Below, one piece after another: positions 53,705-64,000 of a DNA stretch of 64,000 nt. Position 1 is the first letter of the stretch. Every line of letters starts with the position of its first letter. A program made the translations under genes and the position numbers. The stretch is from Ranitomeya imitator (lineage: Eukaryota). The notes beneath the pieces are model-generated. The model saw nothing but the letters and a program-made list of their open reading frames with translations, did no database searches and had not been told where the DNA came from. Location of the stretch: contig NC_091287.1 of the NCBI RefSeq assembly GCF_032444005.1, forward strand, positions 509,702,001-509,766,000, written 5' to 3'.

Positions 53705-55997
53705 ATGGCATCCATCATTAACGTGGATATGCTCCTCATCCTGGTCCAAGAAAGGCCAGAAATCTGGGACCAGCGGGATCCAAACTACTCCAACCGGGCC
53801 AGGAAAGAGGCAGCTTGGAGGACCATCTGTGGGAACCTATTCCCAGATTTTGACCAACGCACACGTGCGGAGCAGAAACAACTTTGTAAGTACACTCATG
53901 TTGCGACATTAATTAACCTTAAAAAATGCTTGACCTACATGATTTCATGCCAATTTTTGGGGTGCTTAGTCTGGTATTTTTTTTTACATTTTTTTGACAA
54001 AAACAAAGATGCTGAACATGAGAAAGTGTTTACGTACATACATAATATAGATGTTGCGTTGGGTACTATTTTTGTTAGCGCCAGACTAGTACAGAGGGGC
54101 GTGGACCCTGGCCTTGTGTTGTTTCATTTTATTGTGTATAATGCTTTTTTGCTTTTAAGCAATTTAAACTTTAGGAAATTCATTTAAGAAGGCATTTTTT
54201 TCACATCGTTAAAATATGATCAATCAATGCCAACTTTTTAAAGCAATGTGCAGAATGAGCTTATAGAATATTTTTTACCATGTCATTGTAGTGGAAGATT
54301 CTATGACACGATGGCGCAGCATCAGAGACCAATATCGCCGGGAAAAGCAGCAGCGGGCAAGAAGTGGGTCAGCAGCTCCACCAAAAAAGCGAAAGTACAT
54401 ATACTAACATCGACTTTCCTTTTTGGATCCCAGTATGGAACTAAGACCGTAAGTAAAAACATCACAACACAATTATTATTAATATTATTATTGTTATTAT
54501 TATTTTTGATTGTTGTAGCGCCATTTATTCCATGGCGCTTTACATGTGAGGAGGGGTATACATAATAAAAACAAGTACAATAATCTTAAACAATACAAAT
54601 CATAGCTGGTACAGGAGGAGAGAGGACCCTGCCCGCGAAGCCTCATAATCTACGAGGGATGGGTGAGAATACAGTAGGCGAGGGTAGAGCTGGTCATGCA
54701 GCGGTTTGGTTGATCGGTGGTTACTGCAGGTTATATGCTTGTCGGAAGAGGTGGGTCTTCAGGCTCTTTTTGAAGGTTTCGATGGTAGGCGAGAGTCTGA
54801 TGTGTTGTGGTAGAGGATTCCAGAGTAGGATTCATACACGAGATAAATCTTGTATACGATTGTGGGAAGAGGAGATAATAGGGGAGTAGAGAAGGAGATC
54901 TTGTGAGGATCGGAGGTTGTGTGTAGGTAATTACCGGGAGACGAGGTCACAGATGTATAATAAACTTATGTCAGCAAATGACTCAACTATTAATTTTTTT
55001 GTTTTGGTTTATTGTTTAATAACAGAACACAGTCCAACCTCACTGAGAGGGAGACCGGGTCGGAGTCGGAGGGTCTCATCGATCCCATTGGTGTTGAAGA
55101 AGAGGTGGCAGGTCCATCTTTGACCTCTTCTACCTCCATCCTTCCTTGACCATCGGCTTCTGCATCACAAGAGACAGCAGCAAGTGTCCAAGATGCAGCA
55201 CCACCACCCTCAGCAGCACCTGATTCTGGAAGCCAGGAAGAGCATGGTCACAGCAGCAGCCCTACTGTCCCACTGGAGTCCTCCCCACAGGCAGCTGGGC
55301 CTTTACGCAGAGGCCGCAGAAGGAGAGAGCTGCAAGCCAATAGGAGGGATGTGGATGCTGGGGTCCTCAATTATTTGGCCAGGGCAGCCATGGATGATGG
55401 AGAGGAGGCCTTTGCTCGCAGCCTTGCCCGGTACCTTCATCCCCTTCCTGTGAGGTGAGGCTACGTGTGAGAGGGTGTATTCAAATCCTGATTGATTTAT
55501 GCACCTCCCCAAATGACCCCTATGAAGTTTTGGAATTTATTGAGAGAAGGCAGCTTTCACCACATAACCTCTTGCGCCTTCCACGACCTCAACAGGTGCA
55601 TGGTCAATCAGGATTTGAAGCACCTCCTCCACGTGTGCCTACACCTCAACCCCTCCCCACCCATAATCAACCAAGGCCAGCACCATACTATATGGCAGCC
55701 TACAACCAACCTTCCCAATATGGCCACTTTTCCAGACCCAGTGCTGTAGGCTGGTCCCAATCTGGGTTTGGACGACATGGCCATATTGGGGATGGCTATG
55801 AATCCAGCCAATATGTTCAGCAGCATGAGGGGCAAAGACAATTCCCTTATGGCCAATACCCAACTGGCCAATATGAGCAAGGCCTTTATTTAGATCCGCC
55901 ACATACAGCATCCACACAGGGTGAAGGACAATTGGCCCAACAAAGGCAGGACCCTGAGCTGCCGCCATCACCTCCACCAACTTACAGAAATCTGTAA
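53705..55997 (+). pseudogene. Harbinger Myb/SANT-like MADF-BESS DNA-binding protein, 3 exons (53705-53885, 54292-54448, 55026-55997)
   Basis: LILVQERPEIWDQRDPNYSNR...AWRTI and TRWRSIRDQYRRE (MADF); DGEEAFARSLARYL...VRLRVRGCIQILID (BESS-like); GT-AG introns in matching phase; stops at 54405 and 55147, frameshift near 55450. Confidence 0.85.
54472..54957 (-). mobile_element. L2 LINE 3' fragment in intron 2 of the MADF gene
   Basis: (TAA)n tail; minus strand encodes an ORF2 C-terminus RSSQDLLL...LWNPLPQHIRLSPTIETFKKSLKTHLFRQAYNLQ*. Confidence 0.9.
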
Positions 55998-56338
55998 GCC
56001 AAAGTTATTTTTGTTTATTTTTTTGCAGCATAACCATGTTTTGCTTAACTTTGTGCTGTAATTGAACTTTGTTCTGTTGTGGTTTAAAAAAAAACGAAAA
56101 CAAAAACAAAAAACCATATGAAACAAATATGGTTTAAAGTTAAGACCAAAGGGCTTCTGCAATAAGTAAAAAATGTTGTCAAAAGCCAATTGACGTTTGT
56201 GGGACAATCATTCTTACATCACACACACATATGCTCTGTTCATAAACATCTGGTAATTAAGTAAATACAACACACAGAGTACAGTTTCTATAGGCATAAA
56301 ATATTTTATGGTGATAATATATTTTGAAAATAAGGAAA

Positions 56339-58666
56339 TCACAACTGAGAAATAGCATTATCTTGCCAGGGAGTAGCACCCTGAGGAGAAACAAAATAAT
56401 TTGTGAAAATATCTCTCACTTTTATTCCAGAAAGGGGACGGCGTGGAGGAAGGCGATGTGGTGTAGGCCTACTCACATTGGGCAACATTTCTTTACCAAT
56501 AACAGATGATGGGCAATCATGAAGTCTAGTAAAATTGTGCAAAACAACACACGCTTTAATCATGTCATTAATAGTAGCCTCACTCAGCTGAATGGCAGAC
56601 TGGAGGAGACGCCATTTGGCACACAGAATCCCAAAGGCACACCCCACCAGTCTACGCGCCCTGGAAAGCCTCAAATTAAAAACACGCTGCCGGTGATCCA
56701 GGTTGCGCCTGGGATAAGGCCTCATGACATTCCTTGTCAATTGGAAGGCCTCATCTCTCACAAGAACATATGGCACTGCTTCAGCATTGGAGCCTGGGAG
56801 TTGTTGTGGTGGTGGGAGGTCTAACTGGTTGTCACGTATCCGCCGACCCATAATGGAGGAATTGAACACCCTAGAGTCTCCTGTTCACCCATAGGCCCCA
56901 ATGTCTACAATTATAAACCTGTAGTTACTGTCAATTACAGCTAACAGAACTACAGAGAAAAACTGCTTATAATTGTAGAATTGGGACCCAGAGTTCGGCG
57001 GCTTACGTACCCTGATGTTTCCCATCCAGGGCTCCAATGCAGTGTGGGAAGTCACAAGTGTCATTGAACCCACGGGCTATTTTGAGCCAATCTGCCATTT
57101 TTGGCTCAGGCATGAAAACATCATGTAGTTTCGCCCATATTTCAATACATGTTGAGTGAACAATGCCAGAAATCGTGGAGCGACCAATGAGAAACTCCAG
57201 GTGTAGTCCCGCATAAGACAATCCAGTTGACAGGAAGCTAAAAGGACACAAAAAAATCATATTAATTATGTAACAATAGTTTTGATAAAACATGAGAAAG
57301 CGCAAGCATGTTGTTTACTAAAAAACACAGTAATATCATAGAAATTAATCGAGATTTACCTAGTGTACATAAGTAGAACATTAAAAATACATATTTTCAT
57401 TTTGGTTTTCTCCAAAGTAACACATATATTTTAAAATAGCTGCTAGCAAACAACCCTGAAAAAAAATCATCATCAACATACAGTATGTGAAGATGTTGAA
57501 TACATACCATAAGGTAAGGAGAAGACGCTCCTCTGCGGATATGCTTTTTCGCATCCTGGTGTCCTGATACATGAGTCTCCAACAAGATATCAAATGTTGG
57601 TATTGTCATTCGACAGTATAGGTAAAACTTATCAGGATGTGCACGCAGAGCTGTATAGAGCCTCTGGAAATGGCCTTTAGTGAGGTGTTGGGTCAAAAGA
57701 GGATGCACCCACTGTTAGGAGTCGAGTTCCCGCCGCTGCACAGGGGGAATCTCGAACCATGTCTGCTGCGGTCTCCCATTCTGCATCGGCCGCAGTGGAG
57801 CCTGCTCAGCAGAGACGTCGGTCCCAGCGTCTCACTGAATCTGATACTGTGCAAAGAGTTACTGCTGCCTCTCCAGGCTCTACTATTGTACCCTGCACTG
57901 GTCTGCTGCGAGCAGGCTTTTCTGGGACTAAGTCCTGCTTTGCCCACACTGAGCATGCCCAGGGTAAGACCTCTCAGTGGAGATCAAGGGTCACATGCTC
58001 AGGTACTGCAGCAACTTCCATTAGTCCTCCAGGAAGGCCCTGTACCTGATCAAGTTCTGTGGCAGCCTTCCATTGGTCCTTGTTGGAAGGTCCTGTAGGT
58101 GCTACAGCTATAAAAGGTTCTCATGACCGCATGGCCATGCGCTAGTATCAAATATGTACGAGCTCAGCGCCAGTGTGGTCGTGTGTGTGGTCAGGGACCG
58201 GCTTAAATAAACCCCTAGAATGCTGGCGAGGAGTTTTGTGTATGCAGTCAGGGACCCGGCTGAAATAAGTCATTAGAATTCCGGCTCCACCGGAGAGGAG
58301 CTGCATGTTGGTTGGACTGCATGACCACTGTCGGCTCTACACAGTAGCTGTGTCGCCTGTGAGCTAAACAGGGCACAGCGTTCTCTTTACTACGGGCTCT
58401 GTGAAGTAACAGAGTCCGTTTGTACTAGTTTGCTTCGCCGCCTTGCTTAGCAGCAGGTTCTTTCCTGCACGGTAGATCCCGGGTTGCGAACGCACCTTTC
58501 TCAGCTAATAAATATATTCAGTGCGTTCCGCCAAACCCTATCACCCACTTTCTTCTTCTCCTCCTTCGCGGATCTACAATCGCAGGGTATAGCTGGCAAA
58601 CCGACGTGACAAGACCCAGTTAAACAAAACCCGCTGAGTTGGGGTGAAGTGCAGTAGGTCAGACAT
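56339..58666 (-). pseudogene. Harbinger (HARBI1-like, DDE_Tnp_4) transposase pseudogene; intron 57507-57238; interrupted by a solo LTR
   Basis: RRRRKW/VHPL, ISAEERLLLTL/FLSTG, FPHCIGALDGKH, FYNYKQFFSVVLLA, RDEAF, RARRLVGCAFGIL, ACVVLHNF; frameshifts, TGA at ~56885, catalytic E read as G. Confidence 0.93.
57713..58543 (+). mobile_element. Solo LTR (831 bp)
   Basis: TGTTAGG...CCCTATCA; 5-bp TSD CCCAC at 57708-57712 and 58544-58548; TATAAAA at 58109, AATAAA at 58507. Confidence 0.92.
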
Positions 58667-59576
58667 GGTGCAAACGTTACCACAACACACCAACAGATGC
58701 ACAATCACAAAATGACCATTTGGAGTGGTGGAGTGTGCCACCTGTTGTAGAGGCCTTAAATAGGGTTGCTGATGCTGATTTAAATTAATTTCAGCCTCCA
58801 AAACCGTTAAATGTCCATTTTGTCAGGTTGCGTGGAAAAAACGCATTACGGATGTCGTACAGATTACATACGCAACATGACATGCGCGACCACACCTTGC
58901 CAACGGATTACATACGGAACACTATTTTTGGATTTTTTCTGCGTATTACGGCTGTAAAAAACGGACCATATTTCCCTACGCTGAGTGTGACGCCAGCCTG
59001 AATCCATTTTTGGCCTTCCTTTAAGTTTTTACAAACCTTGTTGCATCTGTTTTTATTATATGAAGAAGAAAAATCCCTAGCTTCTCCTACCCATTAAGAT
59101 ACGGCGGGCACACGGATAACATCGGATTTACGGTGGCCCCAGCTCTACCACTTCACCCGCATGTAAGCTAAAAGAGTCAGACGTTTTAGGCAACAAAACA
59201 TTTTGATGGCTGGCACAAAAATCCCTTAATAAATTTTTCCCATTATTTTAGTTTGTGGCATTTTTTGCAAAACATATCAGGCTGTGGCTATGGTATTTTT
59301 CTCCAGAAATTTACCTCGAAAAGGCTACCAAAACACTTGGAAAAATGGCATACAAATGGATATTTCATAAAAAAAACAAAGCTTTTTAATATGCCATGTC
59401 ATCATGTGAAGGAGCCTTAGTGCAGTTGTGTCATCACAAACATTGGTAATGTATTACTAGCATATACCACTGACCTTCATTACCCCAGATAATGGCTGCA
59501 TAAAAATAGCAGTAATGCCAGGAAAGTTCTAAGAACCTTCATCTACTATCTGTTTCACTCATCTTTTACTAGGTGA

Positions 59577-60110
59577 TAGTGATGAGCGAGCGTGCTCAGA
59601 TAAGCTGCTAACGGAGTGTCTTCAGTGTACTCAAAAAATATCTTCGAATCCCCGGAATTGCATGTCTTGTGGCTGTTCGACAGCCACGACACATGCAGGG
59701 GATTGCCTAACTAACAGGCAATGCAACAGCAGGGTCTCAAACATACCGTAATTCTCGAGCACGCCGAAGACACTCAGTTAGCACTCAAGTTAGCACCTTA
59801 TTCGAGCATGTTTGGTCATCACTAGCAATGAGCGAGTGTGCTTGTTCCTCGGGTTTTCCAAGCATGCTCAGGGGCTCTCTGAGTATCTTGGGCGTGCTCG
59901 TAGATTATGTTTGTGTCCCCGCAGCTGCATGATTTGCTGCTGTTAGACAACCTGAACACATGCAAGGATTGCCTGTTTGTTAGGGAATCCCTACATGTAT
60001 TGAGGTTGTCAGCAGCCTCATATCATGCAGCTGTGGGGACTCAAACACAATCTACGAGCACGCCCAAGATACTCGGAGATCACCCAAACATGCTCGGAAG
60101 ACTCGAGTTT
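59577..60110. mobile_element. Two abutting TAGTGATGAGCG-family hAT-like MITEs (59577-59824 and 59823-~60110)
   Basis: TAGTGATGAGCGAG ... GGTCATCACTA followed immediately by TAGCAATGAGCGAG. Confidence 0.6.
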
Positions 60111-60265
60111 TCTCTTCTGGGAGACCATATGGATGACTATTGACCATGATGAGACCAAAAAACTTTCACATCTACACTTCACTTATTCTAATGGCAAATC
60201 AGCAGTGAAATCAAGAGTGGCAAGGTAGTCACCAGCATTTGACTTCAGCATCTTGAGCAAACTTA

Positions 60266-60666
60266 GGGCATCATTCACACATCGGTGATTTCTTTCAGAC
60301 CCCAAAAATGGTTTGAGTTTCATCAGTGTTTTTTATCAGAGTGTCATCAAAGTTCGGTCACTGTCAATTATTACCATTAGAATTTGGTCAGGGTTTCATC
60401 AGTTTTTCTCAGATGAAAAAACAAACAAAACTGATGGAGGTTTCTTAAGGTTGTCCGCTCAAATGGTCCATGAAAAGTGGACATCACACGGAAGGCATTT
60501 GGGTGCTGTCCAGTTTTTCGGCTTTTTTTTGTCATGGATCCATAAACGAGATGATCCTTTTGGCATTGGTGAATTCAATCTTACTCTTGGATCAATATCA
60601 GACAAGTCTCCGAGCTGTTGTATGGACCACTCGGTCCTAGGAAAAATCAGTCATGTGAACTAACCC
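60266..60666. mobile_element. Degenerate Harbinger-type MITE
   Basis: TTA-GGGCATCATTCACACAT ... CATGTGAACTAACCC. Confidence 0.45.
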
Positions 60667-62089
60667 TGTACGAGAGTGCTATCTGTGAAAAACATTAAAT
60701 CTGGCTAAGCCTGAACCCAAATATCAACCCATGTATTGCAGAAGGTAAAAGTCATAGTGAAATTCATTGCATTTACTGATTTGCATGTGACAAATTAGCA
60801 GTCAGGGTCAAATTTTGCTGCAGGTTCTACGAAAGAAGATTTTCTTGTTGGAAAACCTACTGTTCAGGCTGAGTTCACACATTGCTGCACAACAAAGTCC
60901 AGATGATGGCATGCAGAATGCTGCAATAAATCCCAACTGCAACATGTGAATCCAGTCTTCAAAGGAAGAATTGATAAATTACCATTACCAGAGAACATAA
61001 GTCCATCCACTTGGGCTAGTCCTTTAATTCCAAGCATGGCCATGGCATTGAGGAGCCTGCACCCCCCCACTCCACAGCGGAGATGGAGGTCTTGTTTACA
61101 TAAGCAACGCTTTTCAATGCCTATTTTTATTATGTAAATGAGCGTTAGATTGTGCGCAGCCATATAATTGGATTAACATGAAAATACAAACATCCCTGCA
61201 AGACTAAGCAACGGACACTCGTAGGTAAAAGAAACAATCGCGGCCACATCAACATCTGAGCATTTAAGCAGCATTTGGGGAGTGTTTTAAAGAGTGGATG
61301 TTAATGAATTAAGTTTATAGAGCATGACAAAGGCTCGGGGTGGTATAATCAGCTTGCTTCCTCAATGCTGGGCAACTAAGAGGAAATTTAATGGATGCTA
61401 CACAGGAGAAGTGAGGCTCATTTGGAAGCTGAAGGGGTTTGTTCTGGAGTAGTAAAATATATTAGATATATTACAGAACATTAGATTTTGATCGCTCCAG
61501 TGATGCAGTCAGCATTTGTACAGAATTGATTAGGTGATATCACTATGTAAAATTGGATCTTACCTCATCCCCTAGGACATGCAAAAAGGACTTCTTAAAT
61601 GGGTTGATGGATATAAAGTTTTCCACTTCAATGCCATATTAAAGTGATCCTCATGTTTTTTTCCCTATGGTATAAATTGGGAGTCCGATTAATGGGATCA
61701 CATTGAACTCCTTTCATCTTTACTATAAGGGGTGACCATAGACAAAACTTGTAAATACCCCTAGAGATGACATGTCAATGACGGTGCTTTTAACTTCGTA
61801 TAGGACTTGGAAGAATGGGTCCCCCCCCCCCTAGGCTATAGGATTGGCAGCATACTCTAGAGCAAAAAGCAAGCTCTTCACTAGGAACTTCGTTATCAGA
61901 TTTTGGGATTCCAAAGATCCTGACCAGACTTTTATGCAATATAAACTTTTGATGGAAATGGTAAGGCACCTTGAGCTGATAGGAGGGTTTTTGGACCCCT
62001 CTGTTAATTACAATAGTAACCAAGGTCTGCAACTTTTGCATCCTGTAGCAGATTATGATATCGCCTAGAAGCAGACACACAACAACTTA

Positions 62090-63690
62090 GTGGAGTGCAG
62101 TATAAGCCTCCGACAAACCCTAATAACTCCACTTTGTGGCTATAACACCTTCCGCTCTTCTGGGAAGATTTTCTGCAAGATCTTGGAGGTGTCTCTGGGA
62201 ATTCTTACCCATTCATCCAGGACAACATTTGTGAGGTCAGACACTGATGTTGGAGGAGAGGTCCGGGCTCACAACATGTGTTCTAGTTCAATACCAAAAG
62301 CTTCTGGTGGGGTTGAGGTTGGGTTTCTATGTGGTGGGTCAAGTTCTTCCACACCAAACTCCCCCAACCATGTCTTTATGAAACTTGCTTTGTGCACTTG
62401 TGATGCAGGTGACCGACCGCAACACACAGAAAACGCAAGGCAGGGACAGTCAGTGAACAATATAACATTGCTTTTAAATGCAACAGTAATGTACAGTAAT
62501 CTTGGACAGTTTGTAATAGTAACAAGGTAAATCGAACAATAAACCAGATACTGCTATGAGTAGATAAGCAACAGAATTTCTTCACTGTGCAATTCTGAAG
62601 GGATTTACCACGTAGGTGCTCTCGCTCTCTCTCTGGAATTCTGGCCCTAGCAGGGATCACCGGGTTTTCCCGCTAGGTCTCAAGTCTATTAATGCTCGTT
62701 GAGCATTCCGTGTCTCAAACAGCCCCCTCCAAACCTGTCATCTTTACATTGTCCAACCCCAGAATCATGTGCCCAAGGTGGAAGTTACTGCCCTGCTCAT
62801 TCGCGCTGCCTCACTGCAGATGCCATCATCTCCTCGCAGATCCTCGCGGCTTGACCCTCGATGAATATCTGCCAGACCTGAAGCGGAGAGGACTGCGACT
62901 CAAAAGACCAGTCTCTGGGACCTCTCAAGCATGGTCTGACCCTTAACAGGAAGTGGCAAGCACACTGGTGGTGTAGACTTCCCGATGAAGTCACACTGAC
63001 TCAAACACACTGTTTGGTGAGCAAGGTTTTTATACCCCAGCACTTTGATCCGTGTGTCACCTGGCCAGGACCAGTACATTAAGCTGCCCACCCCCTCAAA
63101 CCCTTCCGGTCCAAACTGGTTCCACTTGATTACACCTGGCCAGTAGATGGCGGTCCATCCTCACTATGGCCACAGCCTGCAAGGATTCCCCAAGGGTATC
63201 ACTACTTCCTCTTACATACTTTGAACAGTCATAGGAAACAGAAAAGAGCCTTCTCCAAACTGTTACTACAAAGTTGTGAATCTACAATTGACGAAAATGG
63301 CTTGTGCTTAACATTAACATTTCACAGGAACTAACGGCTGATGCTGACCCCTGAAAAACACCCCATAGCATTATTCCTCCGCCTCCAAACTGTACAGCAA
63401 GAACAATGCAGTCAGGCGGGTAACTTTCTCCTGGCTTTGACCAAACGTGGGCTTATCGGTGACCACGCTTTGTAGCGTAACAGGGTCTCCACTTCATGTC
63501 TGAGTTGCTGCAGTTCCTTCCACTTCTCAATAAAGTCTCTTACAGGTGAGGGAGGAATATTTATGAGGGAAGACATGACATGAGCAGACTTGATACATTG
63601 GTGGCTCCTAATACAGGACCGCATTGGTATCAGTGACCTCTCTACCACCATCCATTCTGTCACATTTTTGATGGCAAGTAGCATGGCTAG
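62090..63690 (-). pseudogene. Old Tc1 transposase remnant split by a solo LTR
   Basis: Minus strand gives KTWLGEFGVEELD (cf. WF..FGVEELDWPAQSPDLNP) and SSLINIPPSPVRDFIEKWK (HTH-like). Confidence 0.75.
62399..63216. mobile_element. Solo LTR (818 bp) inside the Tc1 remnant
   Basis: TGTGATGC...CTCTTACA; flanks CACT / TACT; Tc1 sequence resumes on both sides. Confidence 0.65.
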
Positions 63691-64000
63691 GGCCTGGATG
63701 TTATACGCCGGATTGAAGGGCCTGGATGTTATACATCGAGGTAATGGAACTGGATGAAAAACCTGATTTTAATGATTAAGACATGCTTCAATAATGAAGC
63801 ATCCTTGTATTCAAAAGTTGCATTATAGATGACAAATATATGTAGGGCAGCATATTGATTTCATACAATAGTAATGAGTTTAATACTGCACTGTATAACT
63901 TTTCCAACACCAGATATTTATGTCAGACATGTCCTAAAAGTCAGATTTTTAGAGGCATCTACCAATCCCTAATATATGCTGAGCGCTTTTTCTCTGTTAG

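Larger units (their letters stand above)
53313..58998. mobile_element. Autonomous-type PIF/Harbinger transposon, decayed, with two convergent genes
   Basis: TIR G(T)CCGGCGTCACACT / reverse complement GGCTGGCGTCACACT; flanks TTA and TGA; MADF gene on plus, DDE transposase on minus. Confidence 0.88.

Overview
Repeat-dense vertebrate genomic DNA; the repeat landscape (TTAA Kolobok/T2-type MITEs, Harbinger MITEs, Tc1, L2/CR1 tails) suggests a frog, which is an inference. No rRNA, tRNA, CRISPR array or complete host gene is recognisable, and only weak minus-strand exon candidates were found. Main contents: (i) a ~10.2-kb array of a 36-bp satellite (38742-48966) in which an L2 LINE 3' end has been amplified six times within 1138-bp and 2765-bp higher-order repeats; (ii) a decayed two-gene PIF/Harbinger transposon (53313-58998) with a spliced MADF-BESS gene and a spliced DDE transposase, hit by a solo LTR and an L2; (iii) a Tc1 element with an uninterrupted DD34E transposase ORF (15425-16456) and two decayed Tc1s; (iv) a fold-back Penelope-like insertion with a 15-bp TSD that hosts a piggyBac-type element; (v) more than ten Harbinger-type MITEs plus TTAA and hAT-type MITEs and solo LTRs, often nested. 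Most entries in the ORF track are repeat or palindrome artefacts.
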